The notes beneath the pieces are model-generated. The model was not told the DNA's origin. It saw only the letters and a list, made by a program, of their open reading frames with translations, and ran no database searches. From Candidatus Obscuribacterales bacterium (lineage in GTDB: Bacteria > Cyanobacteriota > Vampirovibrionia > Obscuribacterales > Obscuribacteraceae), in contig JAIEQI010000015.1 in NCBI GenBank assembly GCA_019747875.1, forward strand, positions 2,269 through 66,268: 64,000 bases of DNA, given 5' to 3'. How positions within the stretch are numbered: position 1 is the stretch's first letter; every line of letters starts with the position of its first letter. Positions 27,735 to 37,196 of the stretch are shown one piece after another. Position numbers and translations under genes: made by a program.

Positions 27735-28217
27735 TTACTTAGCGCAAGCCATTTGTTTCTTCATCCACTCTTCTTGACCCTTTTGAATTTCTTCAGGTGT
27801 CATGTCCTTGGTGTGGGTTGAGATTGCCCATTTGTGGCCGAATGGATCCATGATTTGACCCATACGATCGCCCCAGAACATGTCGCCTACCGGCATGGTT
27901 TCTTTGGCGCCAGCTTTTACAGCTTTTTCGACAAATTGATCGACATTTTCTACATAGACGTACATCGAAACTGGTGTGCCTTTCAATGTTTCTGGGCTGA
28001 CACATCCCATTTCAGGAAATTCGTCATTCATCATGAAAATTGACGTGCCGAGTTTCATTTCGGCATGCATAACCTTGCCGTTTGGTCCCAAGCAGACTTC
28101 CTTTTCTTCGGCTCCAAATGCCTTCTTGTAGAACTCAATGGCTGCCTTTGTATCCTTATAAACTAACCCAGGAGTAATCGTGTGATAGCCCTTCGGAATT
28201 GCATCTACTTTGCTCAT
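27735..28217 (-). CDS. VOC-family (glyoxalase/PhnB-like) protein
   Basis: MSKVDAIPKGYHTITPGLVYKD..AIEFYKKAFGAEE..VMHAEMKLG is typical of PhnB/COG2764. ATG 28217; the upstream track extension is rejected. Confidence 0.85.
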   Translation of the reverse strand: MSKVDAIPKGYHTITPGLVYKDTKAAIEFYKKAFGAEEKEVCLGPNGKVMHAEMKLGTSIFMMNDEFPEMGCVSPETLKGTPVSMYVYVENVDQFVEKAVKAGAKETMPVGDMFWGDRMGQIMDPFGHKWAISTHTKDMTPEEIQKGQEEWMKKQMACAK

Positions 28218-28437
28218 TTCAATCTCCAAATAGAGTGTGAGTTTGGTGGGAATGAAGATCATAGATCCGCTGTAAGTTCGGAACATTAGTGCGCGGACTT
28301 TGGCAACCACTATGTATCAATTTGAAATGATGGACACTGCAGAGTCTGCACATAAATTCTTCACTATCGCTTTCAGAAGATCCGGACCTGTGTGAACCAT
28401 GATGCCGTGCTCACCGGATCGAAAAAACGTATGATTT

Positions 28438-28473
28438 TGTGAGGCTATGGGCGGACCAGACGTCCGCGCTCCA
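28438..28473 (+). repeat. Dispersed repeat family B, copy 3
   Basis: TGTGAGGCTATGGGCGGACCAGACGTCCGCGCTCCA. Shares both flanks (TGTGAGGCTATGGGCGGAC and CGCTCCA) with copy 2. Lies about 55 nt upstream of family A copy 2. Confidence 0.8.
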
Positions 28474-28526
28474 AACTTAGGGCAGATCCGAGTCTTCGAC
28501 TTGATAGCGATTCCTCTTTCGGGCTC

Positions 28527-28566
28527 GGTTCGATCCCGGGAGCGCCGGCATCTTGCCGGCTTCGAT
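28527..28566 (+). repeat. Dispersed repeat family A, copy 2
   Basis: GGTTCGATCCCGGGAGCGCCGGCATCTTGCCGGCTTCGAT; 1 mismatch to copy 1 over the first 37 nt. Intergenic. Confidence 0.85.
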
Positions 28567-28592
28567 CTAATCTCCATACAAGAGGCATTATC

Positions 28593-30893
28593 CTAAACTC
28601 CTGTGCGGGCGCGCCTCATCACTTCGTCGCCTTCATGCTTGAATTTTGCGGATTCGCCCGACTTGCCTTTTGTCGCCATCAGATCTGCAAGAGCAAAGTA
28701 AGTATTTGCCAGCTTCTCATCATTGTTTTTCAAAATCGCAGCCTGGATTTTGAGCGCTTTGTTCAATAGTTGCTCTGCATCGGTTGTTTTCTTTTGGGCT
28801 AATCGCAACTTACCCAGCGCCGTCAATGTTACCGAGGTATCGCGATTGTTTTCACCAAGCTTTGTTTGGCGAATTTTGAGCGCCTTGTTCAACATTGATT
28901 CGGCGTCTGACAGCTTACCGTCTGCCAGATACAGCTCTCCAATATTGTTATACTCACGCGCCGCATCAACACTGTCTGTGCCTTTGAGTTTCTCGCGAAT
29001 CGCTAGCGATTCTTGTTGCAAGGGCAGAGCTTCCTTGAGCTTTTTCTCCACGCGCAATAGACCAGCTAAATTGCTCAGGGATCGTGCGTATTCCAAAGAC
29101 TCCTTGCCATAGGCTTCAGCTGTGGCTTGCATTGCACTCTTGTACATGGGTTCGGCTTTTGCATAGTCTTGTTTTCTGTCTGCCAGCAGAGCCAAATTTC
29201 CTAAAACGGTTGCTTTTACTTTGCGATCTGGGAACTGCGGTTTATCTACCAGGGACTTTGCTTCGTCAAGTAAAGGAGCTGCCTTGGCGAACCTGCCTTG
29301 TGCCAAATGAAGCTCCCCAAGATTGTTCAGGCTGCTGGCAAGGTCTGCTGCGCGACCCTTTGCAAATTTTCTTCGGATTGCAATTGATTGTAATTGCAAC
29401 TTTTCAGCTTCGGCAAATTTGTTGGTCGATTCTGCCAAAAGAGCTCTGTTGTTGTAAATCGAGGCGACCGCTGGATGCTCGTTTCCAAAAATCGCTGTGG
29501 TGATTTGCAAGCTCTGCAAATATAGTTTGTCTGCAGTCGTAAAATCTTGTTTTTGCTCTGCTAAATACGCCTGGTTGTTTAAGATAACCGCAGCATCGGG
29601 ATGCGAGGGCCCAGCGCCTTTTTGTTTTACTTCGAGCGCTTGCTTAAACAATGGTTGGGCTTGATCTAATTGTCCACGATCTATTTTGACCATGGCCATA
29701 TTGTTCAAAATGGTGGCAGCATCCGGATGTAATTGGTCCCCGAATTGTTTCTTGTATATTGCCAGAGCCTCTGTCAGCAACTGCTCTGCTCTATCAAGTT
29801 GGTTGCGCCGACGCAAGACTTCTGCAAGATCGCAAAGTGATCTTGCGTATGCCAATGCTTGCAAACCGACATCACTTTTTCGCAATGCACATGCTTCTTC
29901 CAGCAATTTTTGTGCGTCTTCGAGACGCCCCATCTTAGTCATGAGTTTTGCTAAGTTGTTTACCGGACTGGCGAGTACTATGCTGGAGTCGCCGAATAAC
30001 TTTTTGTCAGTGGCAATTGCTTTCTTCAAATTTTTCTCGGCGGCATCGTATTTTTCCAATTCACTTTGAACCGCGCCGAGGTCGTTTTGTACAATTGACT
30101 CATCGAGAAGAAGTTTCTGTTTTGAATTCGTCAAAAGTGCTAAAGACTTTTGCAACAAGGCTTCAGCAGCCGCATAATGACCGAGGAAATACTCCATTTG
30201 TCCTGCTCGGTCGATTGCCAATGCATGAAGCTCAAGATTTTGATTTTTCTTGTCGAAACTTTCAGCAAGGGGAAGAATCTTTTGATTCAGCGCGTTTGCA
30301 TCTTTGAACTTGCCAACAACCATAAGCAAGCCTTGCATGTCAGACATGGCTGCCAGCAAGTCTTTCGGCGGACCAACCTTTTGATAAATTTTCAGCGCCG
30401 TGTCCATTTCGCTTTGGGCTTTTGCAAAATCGCCGCTATTGAAATGATATGAAGCCATGGACTTCATAGTTTCTGCATAGGCTTTCTGGTTTGACGAAGT
30501 CTTTTGAGCCAGTGCACTGGCTTCTTTCATGCGCGCGTCGCCTTTGGCCTTGTCACCCACATTTGCAGCATAGAATTGGGCGAGCAAGCATAAATTGTTG
30601 ATTTCATCGGCAGTGGACTTTACACGTCTTGCCAGTGATATCTGGTCCAGAAAATACTTTTCAGCAGTTGCGATTTGTTCTTTTGAGTAGCTGGGCACCT
30701 TCGGTGGTGTCGTGCTTGTTTCTCTCTGAAGAAGCCCTTGCCCCGGATTGTCTGCTCTGGCGGGTATCGAAATACTGAGTGAGCTCAGCAGGACAAGCAA
30801 CAACAGGGAGTTGCTTACGAAACCGCTACTGGATGTTTTTTGCAGGGCACCTTTTGTGCTGAGTGAGAAACGACTGCTTTTACTGAAGTTCAC
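28593..30893 (-). CDS. Large exported TPR repeat protein
   Basis: 766 aa, hydrophobic leader LLLLVLLSSLSISIPARA, then about 15 KLC-type TPR units. GTG start at 30893. Confidence 0.85.
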   Translation of the reverse strand: MNFSKSSRFSLSTKGALQKTSSSGFVSNSLLLLVLLSSLSISIPARADNPGQGLLQRETSTTPPKVPSYSKEQIATAEKYFLDQISLARRVKSTADEINNLCLLAQFYAANVGDKAKGDARMKEASALAQKTSSNQKAYAETMKSMASYHFNSGDFAKAQSEMDTALKIYQKVGPPKDLLAAMSDMQGLLMVVGKFKDANALNQKILPLAESFDKKNQNLELHALAIDRAGQMEYFLGHYAAAEALLQKSLALLTNSKQKLLLDESIVQNDLGAVQSELEKYDAAEKNLKKAIATDKKLFGDSSIVLASPVNNLAKLMTKMGRLEDAQKLLEEACALRKSDVGLQALAYARSLCDLAEVLRRRNQLDRAEQLLTEALAIYKKQFGDQLHPDAATILNNMAMVKIDRGQLDQAQPLFKQALEVKQKGAGPSHPDAAVILNNQAYLAEQKQDFTTADKLYLQSLQITTAIFGNEHPAVASIYNNRALLAESTNKFAEAEKLQLQSIAIRRKFAKGRAADLASSLNNLGELHLAQGRFAKAAPLLDEAKSLVDKPQFPDRKVKATVLGNLALLADRKQDYAKAEPMYKSAMQATAEAYGKESLEYARSLSNLAGLLRVEKKLKEALPLQQESLAIREKLKGTDSVDAAREYNNIGELYLADGKLSDAESMLNKALKIRQTKLGENNRDTSVTLTALGKLRLAQKKTTDAEQLLNKALKIQAAILKNNDEKLANTYFALADLMATKGKSGESAKFKHEGDEVMRRARTGV

Positions 30894-31244
30894 TGTTGCT
30901 TACCGTTTTCAGAGCTAAGACAATATCGAAGATATATTGTTGCACGAATCAGTCTTCAGCAGGCTCCTCGGGAGCTGCTGGCTATCTTTTGTGAACCCGG
31001 AACAGTAGCACTTTTAGGCGGGTGAGAGCTTTTTAACTTGGGCTCAGTCGTTGACGCTTTGAATACAGCTGCGGAGATTAGATCGATTAGTCGTATTGGG
31101 TGATTCCAAGTGGTGCCTGCGTTTCTCTCTTACGAGGCAGCTGCCTAAATGATCTAGCAGTAAAAAAACGGCTATCAGATTTTGGTCTATGGAACCAATG
31201 TCATCGAAGTCCGTCTTCCCATGCGAGGTTGAGGAGACTATACG

Positions 31245-31616
31245 ATGAAAAAGGAACTGATTGCTTTAACTACATCACTTTTTGCGTTTGCTGCCGTCGC
31301 CGCGAACATTGCGCCAGCAAATGCTGAGGGTCCTTTGGCAGCGAGTTCCGGCGCAACAGTCGATGCTGGTTTTCCTGTTATTACTGGTCCAGGCACCACC
31401 GTGTTAACGCCTACTGGAGCTGAAGTTACGGATCCATTACCCAGGATGAAGATTCCGGAGGGCACACCAACTCCAGTGCTGCCCAAGCTTCAAGTAAGAA
31501 ATTACAGTTGGCCAAAACCAGGAACACGCTTAGCTCGCGGAGCAACACGTGCAAAAACTACTACTCGAATCGTCGCAGGTTCTTACAATACAATCATGAC
31601 GGATATTGTGCGCTAA
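31245..31616 (+). CDS. Small secreted hypothetical protein
   Basis: GAGGAG 9 nt upstream of the ATG. Signal peptide MKKELIALTTSLFAFAAVAANIAPANA. Followed by a hairpin terminator. Confidence 0.6.
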   Translation: MKKELIALTTSLFAFAAVAANIAPANAEGPLAASSGATVDAGFPVITGPGTTVLTPTGAEVTDPLPRMKIPEGTPTPVLPKLQVRNYSWPKPGTRLARGATRAKTTTRIVAGSYNTIMTDIVR

Positions 31617-31708
31617 CCGCAGCAAATCTGCATCATAGGCTGTGCTATTTGATTAGCTGAGTGCAAGTCTGATTCGCAATTTGAATAACGTTTACGTGAA
31701 TTGTCGAA

Positions 31709-31744
31709 AGACCGGCCGAATTTATTTTCTGGCTGGTCTTTTTG
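31709..31744 (+). terminator. Rho-independent terminator-like hairpin
   Basis: AGACCGGCC .. GGCTGGTCT (one G-U pair) followed by TTTTT. Downstream of ORF 31245..31616. Confidence 0.65.
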
Positions 31745-31973
31745 AATTCACTGGCAGTTTTCAGTTCTCTATTTTTTGCTCTGAGACGTTATGGAAAGCT
31801 CACGTGAGCTGAACTAATAAACATGGTTTTTTATGAAGGAACGTTGGAATTACTTCATTAACGGTCATTTTCGGTTACAGGCTAGCTTATCGGAGGTAGA
31901 TATCCTAATAGTAGTCTTTCTTCCCAAATATTATCGCCAGTGGGCGTTTCTGGAATCCTTCAAGTGGTGACGA

Positions 31974-34643
31974 ATGCCTGGCTCAGGACACAACGAACTT
32001 ACGAATTCTGCAAAACCAGATGACGACAGTGTTTCTGGTTCTGAGGAAAAACAATCACCTGAAGATGTTTCCGATAAGCTTCCGGGTCCGGCGAAAATTG
32101 CATTCTGGGGCAGCCGAGAAAAGAAGCCCAGCGAGCAAACCAGGAAAAAAACTGCGGCGACGGATAAAGCAAATTTGCGTGATCGAAGTCAGGAAAAATC
32201 TGACGGAGGGCTACTCTTTTTCCCTAGGCGCAATGAGGCCAGTGCGACGAAATCAAACTCAGATCAGGAAATAAATAGCAGCGATATAAAAGCGAGTGCC
32301 GATAATACAGTTAAGTCGCCAACGCCGACTCAGCCGGAGTCTGCAGTTGAAGGTTATTTAGACCGCGATTTTTGGCAGACACAATCAGCTGGAGCACAAT
32401 GGGAAGAAGCTTCCGCAGCTTCTTTTGATGAGTTTCACTATGATCCTACTTTTCAGTCGGATTGGCAAAAAGCAGAGCAAGCGCCCTGGTTGGATCCTGA
32501 GTCGGGCGTGCTCGATGATCGATGGAATTCGCCCATAAAGGGGGAGCAAGAGCGAGCCAAAGAACGTGCTGAAGAACGAGCCCGAATCCAAGAACGTGTT
32601 CGCAGTCAAAAGCTGGAAATGCCAGATGAACCTCAAAAGAGCTGGCGATCAAAGTCATTTAACGAGACGGCTGGCGACAAATCTGACTTATTAAAGCCTA
32701 AGTCTTACGACGAGTTCGTCCAGGAGTTTATGCAAGAGGATGCTTCCCTTGAGCGACGAACGCCGGTTATTCCAACGCTTTCGGAACTGGACTCGTCGGC
32801 ACTCTCGCCAGGCAAAACTGCTAACTCCCAGCCCAGCATCCGCGACGAACGCTTCCCGCAAGCCATCATGGATATCCCGCTCCTCGATGCCCCACCCACG
32901 CTCCAACAGAGCCCTTCTACGCTTCCAGAGAGCCGCTCCCCGCTTCCAGAGAACCGACCCACGCTTCCCGGGAACCGCCCCACGCTCTCCGAGTCCCGCT
33001 CTCCAGTATCGAACGTACAATCGGTGTCAGCAGCCGGCGTTTCCACCACCCCAGTACCAGATGGTTCCGCCGCCACCGGAAAGGAGCTTTCTGTTCGAGC
33101 GGAGCCTGCAAACTTTGAGGGTACTGATAAACCCGGTGCGCTCAAGGAGAAAACCAAACAAGTTGATAGCGCACGCGGTGCCAATGAGATTCGAAACTGG
33201 TATCTGTCTAAGCTCAAGGCTCGTGCAAAAAATAAACAGGTAGTCTCCCCAGCGAATAAACGCAGAGAGATACTCTCTCAGATAACTCCTGGTGCTTCGT
33301 CGCTGTCCACCGCTGCCGTGGTGCTGGTCATTTCGTTGCTTCTGTCCGTTGCTGCCTGCATTTGCTCCGCGTTGAATTTGGCGCCTTCCTTTTCCCAAAT
33401 CCTTCCAGGAGCCGCAGCGGTTGGTATTGGATTCGGTGCCTTTATGGTCTATCAGTCGAACCAAAGATTCCAGCACTTCAAGAAACAATTTGGCTCCAAC
33501 AGCTCTTCGGACACTAAAGACCTCGATGAACTAGGACTTGTAGAGTTCATGTTGAAAGTACAAGAGTATGAACTGACTGAGTTGCGTGAGCGCGAACAAA
33601 CTGTAGTCGATTTTACTGATGAAGTTCTTTGCACGTTAGATAATCGATTCATCATAATCTATGCTAATGATTCCTTCGTACGTCAATGTGGTTTTTCGCG
33701 TGAAGAGCTGCTAGGAAAATCGTTTGCAGAATTGCTCGGCGTTGATGAGAAAGATAAAATAGGTAAGTACTTGTCGGAATCTCGGTCTGCTCGAAAAGAG
33801 GTGAGCTTCGAAACCACTTTGTACCGAAGAGATGGGAATCTTGCTGACCTGAAGTGGAGTGTCGATTACTCCGAAGGTGGTGACTGCTATCTTTGCACCG
33901 CACGTGATATCACTGCAATTAGAGCTTCTGAACGTTCCCAACGTCAATTTCTAAGCTTGCTTGATGAAGACTTTAAATTGCCACTGACCGCTGTGCAGGG
34001 TGCGCTGTCCATGTTGCGTATTGGCGCTTACGGGACATTGCCCGAGCAGGTTCTCAATCGTGCAGGCGGCATCGAGAAGACAACTTCCCAGCTCATCCGT
34101 CTGGTTAGTGATCTGGTCGATCTCGAGCGGATCGAGAATGGAAAGATTGAATTGCGAATTGATGAATTCCCAATTTCGGTTCTGACTGAACAAGCGGTGG
34201 ATGCGGTGCAAGCAGCTGCCGACCAGAAAAATGTTAGTTTGAAGGTTAGCACGAATCGGACAAGAATTTCTGCCGACAGTGAGCGCTTGTTGCGTGTTCT
34301 GGTCAACTTATTGTCAGCTGGTATATTCTTTTCATTCGAGAGCACATCGCTTCTCGTCGAAGTTGAAGAGCAGGAATCGTCTGTTGAAATCAAGGTTAAG
34401 TGCAACGGGCGATCACTTTCAACTTCGGAGCAGCTAAAGCTATTTGACCGCAGCAAAATCGGCTCTACGAACGACGCCACTATAAGCAGTGGCGTCATTA
34501 TGGGGTTGTCTGTCAGTAAGGGCATAGTCGAAAAGCATGGAGGAAGACTGTCCGTGCAGTCTGTCGAAGGCAAGGGACTGATCATAGTCTGCCAGATACC
34601 GAAAGTTCAGCGCCAAGGGGTGAAAGGTTCGCAGTTCGGTTAA
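31974..34643 (+). CDS. PAS-domain histidine-kinase homologue with degenerate H-box and ATP-binding boxes
   Basis: Disordered acidic/Trp-rich N-region, two TM helices, a PAS-like segment, then a DHp/CA region collinear with HisKA-HATPase_c. The H-box reads FLSLLDEDFKLPLTAV, the N-box NLLSAGIFF, G1 is CNGRS and G2 is GVIMGL. Confidence 0.82.
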   Translation: MPGSGHNELTNSAKPDDDSVSGSEEKQSPEDVSDKLPGPAKIAFWGSREKKPSEQTRKKTAATDKANLRDRSQEKSDGGLLFFPRRNEASATKSNSDQEINSSDIKASADNTVKSPTPTQPESAVEGYLDRDFWQTQSAGAQWEEASAASFDEFHYDPTFQSDWQKAEQAPWLDPESGVLDDRWNSPIKGEQERAKERAEERARIQERVRSQKLEMPDEPQKSWRSKSFNETAGDKSDLLKPKSYDEFVQEFMQEDASLERRTPVIPTLSELDSSALSPGKTANSQPSIRDERFPQAIMDIPLLDAPPTLQQSPSTLPESRSPLPENRPTLPGNRPTLSESRSPVSNVQSVSAAGVSTTPVPDGSAATGKELSVRAEPANFEGTDKPGALKEKTKQVDSARGANEIRNWYLSKLKARAKNKQVVSPANKRREILSQITPGASSLSTAAVVLVISLLLSVAACICSALNLAPSFSQILPGAAAVGIGFGAFMVYQSNQRFQHFKKQFGSNSSSDTKDLDELGLVEFMLKVQEYELTELREREQTVVDFTDEVLCTLDNRFIIIYANDSFVRQCGFSREELLGKSFAELLGVDEKDKIGKYLSESRSARKEVSFETTLYRRDGNLADLKWSVDYSEGGDCYLCTARDITAIRASERSQRQFLSLLDEDFKLPLTAVQGALSMLRIGAYGTLPEQVLNRAGGIEKTTSQLIRLVSDLVDLERIENGKIELRIDEFPISVLTEQAVDAVQAAADQKNVSLKVSTNRTRISADSERLLRVLVNLLSAGIFFSFESTSLLVEVEEQESSVEIKVKCNGRSLSTSEQLKLFDRSKIGSTNDATISSGVIMGLSVSKGIVEKHGGRLSVQSVEGKGLIIVCQIPKVQRQGVKGSQFG
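32898..33002 (+). repeat. In-frame 21-nt tandem repeat (5 units) inside the histidine-kinase homologue
   Basis: Units at 32898, 32919, 32940, 32961 and 32982 encode the heptads TLQQSPS / TLPESRS / PLPENRP / TLPGNRP / TLSESRS. Confidence 0.85.
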
Positions 34644-34718
34644 AAATAGACGAAACTTCTCTGCACGAATGCCCGTCTCCCATGTCGTTGAAAAGCGAGA
34701 TGACGAGGTTTGCTGGTG

Positions 34719-35207
34719 ATGAAATACAATCTTTCGATACTTGGAGTGCTCATGCTCGGCGCCATTGCCCCAGCCTTTGCACAAACCGTTATCACAACAA
34801 CTGAGGTTAGAGAAGGACTGCCAGGAGTCGTTCACACGCTGACACCATCTTCGGTGGTACAACGTAGAATTCTAACGCAACCTGTTGTTGTGAGAACCCA
34901 AACACAGATGCCTTTGTCTGTTGCTGCGGTGCGTTCGAATTATGCAAAGCGCTTGTCCGACATTAAAGGTCAGATTGATTTGGCTTTGCAAAGGGGCTGG
35001 ATAACAGCAGCGCGCTACGATGAGCTATGCAAATGGCACCTGGACCTGGTAAATGAAGAGCGTGGTTTGCGCGCAAATAATAACGGCATCATTGCCGCGT
35101 CAGATGTCGACATGATGGAACGTCACGTCAACGGATTGGCTTATTCTCTTGCAAAAGAGCTGAGCAGCGGCACTAGAGTCGCCGGAACCGGCGTCGTAAC
35201 CTACTAG
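34719..35207 (+). CDS. Secreted hypothetical protein
   Basis: Signal peptide MKYNLSILGVLMLGAIAPAFA from ATG 34719 (the track starts at TTG 34710). Confidence 0.55.
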   Translation: MKYNLSILGVLMLGAIAPAFAQTVITTTEVREGLPGVVHTLTPSSVVQRRILTQPVVVRTQTQMPLSVAAVRSNYAKRLSDIKGQIDLALQRGWITAARYDELCKWHLDLVNEERGLRANNNGIIAASDVDMMERHVNGLAYSLAKELSSGTRVAGTGVVTY

Positions 35208-35331
35208 CGTTTTCGCCAGGTTGCGGCATGTGGTCATTGGTCCACTTTCGAAAGGAGGTGGACCTTTTTGTGGACTCAAAGTTCATAAGGACATAGAATA
35301 TTTGGAACTTCTCTTCTCGTTAAGGAATCGA

Positions 35332-35760
35332 ATGACTGCTGAAAATGTGCAGCACGTAGTTGCGGCGGTAATTGAGCATGATGGACGCTATTTGTTGTGC
35401 CGCAGACCGGAGCACAAGCGCCATGGACTGTTATGGGAGTTTCCTGGTGGGAAATTAGAACCAGAAGAATCGCACTTTGATGCGGCTAGGCGAGAGTTGA
35501 AAGAAGAACTAAACCTGGAATTGGAGAAGCTCGGCGATCTTTTGTTCTCCGTTAAAGATCCAGGCTCACCCTTTGTAATTGACTTTATGCGTGCTGTTGT
35601 TCGCGGTACGCCTGAGTTGTTGGAACATTCCGAGCTAAGTTGGGTGACGGTGAGCGAATTGCAGAGCTTCTCTCTTGCTCCTACCGATCAGCGGTTTGCA
35701 GAATTCTTAGGGACTGAAAGTAGCGCGGTTGATAAGAAGGGAGCCTCCACAAAATACTGA
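35332..35760 (+). CDS. NUDIX hydrolase (MutT-like)
   Basis: Nudix box GGKLEPEESHFDAARRELKEELNL. I prefer ATG 35332 (MTAENVQHVVAAVI) to the track start 35221. Confidence 0.85.
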   Translation: MTAENVQHVVAAVIEHDGRYLLCRRPEHKRHGLLWEFPGGKLEPEESHFDAARRELKEELNLELEKLGDLLFSVKDPGSPFVIDFMRAVVRGTPELLEHSELSWVTVSELQSFSLAPTDQRFAEFLGTESSAVDKKGASTKY

Positions 35761-35791
35761 AGGCTCCCTTTCGTTCTCATCCCGTTCGGTC

Positions 35792-37066
35792 CTAACTTGC
35801 TTTCTTCAGTCCCCGTTTTGCGGCGTTTGCAGACTTGCTTCGGCTGCGTGATGAAGTCGCTTTGCCAGAAGCGGACTTCGTTTTCGCCTTTCCAGACGTC
35901 TTGTCGCCCACTACTTTCGTGCTTCTTGAGCTTTTCTTGCTAGCGGCTGACGCAGTTTTCTTCGCGGCTGATTTTGCCGTAGTCGGCTTCTTGCTTTCTG
36001 ATTTACTTGCGGATTTACCACTGGAGCTCGCTTTCGCTTTGCCGCTAGTTTTCCTGGTCTTTGCCCCAGCAGATTTCGCGGTACGGACAGTGTCTTTCTT
36101 CTTTGCTTTTGAACCCGTAGCTTTTAGAGCCGTTGATTTCCGCTTCGTTGCTGATTTCTTGCTTGCGGTTTTTGGTTTGCGTTCGGCGTCGGCACTATTG
36201 CTCTTCGCCTCGCTACGTGTCGACTTTGCTGTTGTCGCAGTTCTTGTCTTGCTGCCTTGCCCGCGGGCGGCCGGTGAATGAGATGCTTTCTTCCTCGCCC
36301 CAGCCTTCTTTCTTATGCTGGTACTCCGATGCTTTTTCGGGCTTCCGGCCTGCTCTGCCGTACTCGTATCTGTCAATTCCGGTAAGATTGGATCGCTTTC
36401 TTTCGTCTCGATTGAAATCGGTTCATGGGAATTGGCTTCGTCCAATTCGGAATCTTCTGAATTAAGCTCTGCGTCCGGAGCGAAGTTGATGATTACGTCG
36501 TCCTGAGGAGCTTCATCAGATAGAGAACTTTCGACTGAGTCGCTAGCAGGGGTCGCTTCTGCAGCCTTGCTTGGAGGCTTATAGTTTTCCAGAAGCAGCT
36601 CTTTCTCCTGCAAAACTAGCGCACCGAGTTCATCGAGATCTTCGGCTTTGCTCTTCAGTTTTGGCAAGAGCCCCAATTCTTCTTCCTGGACGTGATGTTT
36701 AACCATCTCGCTAATGACTTTTACTTTCGCTGGCGCTGTTTCTTCAGACCCCGTCATGTCTGCAAGCTCTGCTAGCAGCATCTTAACTGCATGGTGTTCT
36801 TCCAGAGCTTCCTTCGTTTTTTCTCCCTCGCTCTCAAGCTCTGGATAAACGAGCTTTTCTTCCACGCTTGCGTGCACTGAAATTTCCTTGACGATCTCAT
36901 CGATCAAATTTTTCCGTTCTTCATCGGAAATGGCATTTTCAAATTCTTTGAATAACCCCTCAACCTCGCGATGATCAGCCTTGAGAATATCGATTACATT
37001 AGTTGGCGGATTGTTGTCTGGACCGACAAACATGCTCTTTATAATTTCGCCAATAGTCTGTTTCAT
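35792..37066 (-). CDS. Hemerythrin-like (HHE cation-binding) domain protein with a long histone-H1-like Lys/Ala/Ser tail
   Basis: N-terminal ILKADHREVEGLF, EEHHAVKMLL and VKHHVQEEE. The C-terminal ~175 aa are Lys/Ser/Ala/Thr-rich. ATG 37066 with GGAGGA 7 nt upstream. Confidence 0.8.
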   Translation of the reverse strand: MKQTIGEIIKSMFVGPDNNPPTNVIDILKADHREVEGLFKEFENAISDEERKNLIDEIVKEISVHASVEEKLVYPELESEGEKTKEALEEHHAVKMLLAELADMTGSEETAPAKVKVISEMVKHHVQEEELGLLPKLKSKAEDLDELGALVLQEKELLLENYKPPSKAAEATPASDSVESSLSDEAPQDDVIINFAPDAELNSEDSELDEANSHEPISIETKESDPILPELTDTSTAEQAGSPKKHRSTSIRKKAGARKKASHSPAARGQGSKTRTATTAKSTRSEAKSNSADAERKPKTASKKSATKRKSTALKATGSKAKKKDTVRTAKSAGAKTRKTSGKAKASSSGKSASKSESKKPTTAKSAAKKTASAASKKSSRSTKVVGDKTSGKAKTKSASGKATSSRSRSKSANAAKRGLKKAS

Positions 37067-37196
37067 ATTGATTCCTCCATCTGCTGCTGTTTGAGAAGGG
37101 TTTGCTTGACATTTGGTTCCCAAGCCAAGAAGCAAGGGACTTCTGAGACTCGATATAATTCAGTCCAATAACAATAAGTCGGAGTACAACTGTATT

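Noticed and set aside
28464-28550. Possible tRNA gene (T-arm-like GGTTCGATCCC plus acceptor-like ends)
   Set aside because: I could not form a D-arm or a 7-nt anticodon loop; the only central hairpin has a 3-nt loop. The T-arm-like part is a dispersed repeat that also occurs at 21901 and 52127. At most it is a tRNA-derived remnant.
32691-33488. Several minus-strand ORFs (109-170 aa) and alternative plus-frame ORFs inside the histidine-kinase homologue N-region
   Set aside because: They overlap a long uninterrupted ORF that continues into clear PAS/HisKA/HATPase homology. Their sequences are Arg/Gly/Ser-rich low complexity generated by the 21-nt repeats.
35835-36465. Plus-strand ORFs (148 aa, 110 aa) antisense to the hemerythrin gene tail
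   Set aside because: They are Leu/Phe/Ala-rich mirror-image products of the Lys/Ala/Ser codon repeats on the coding strand, which is a typical antisense artefact.
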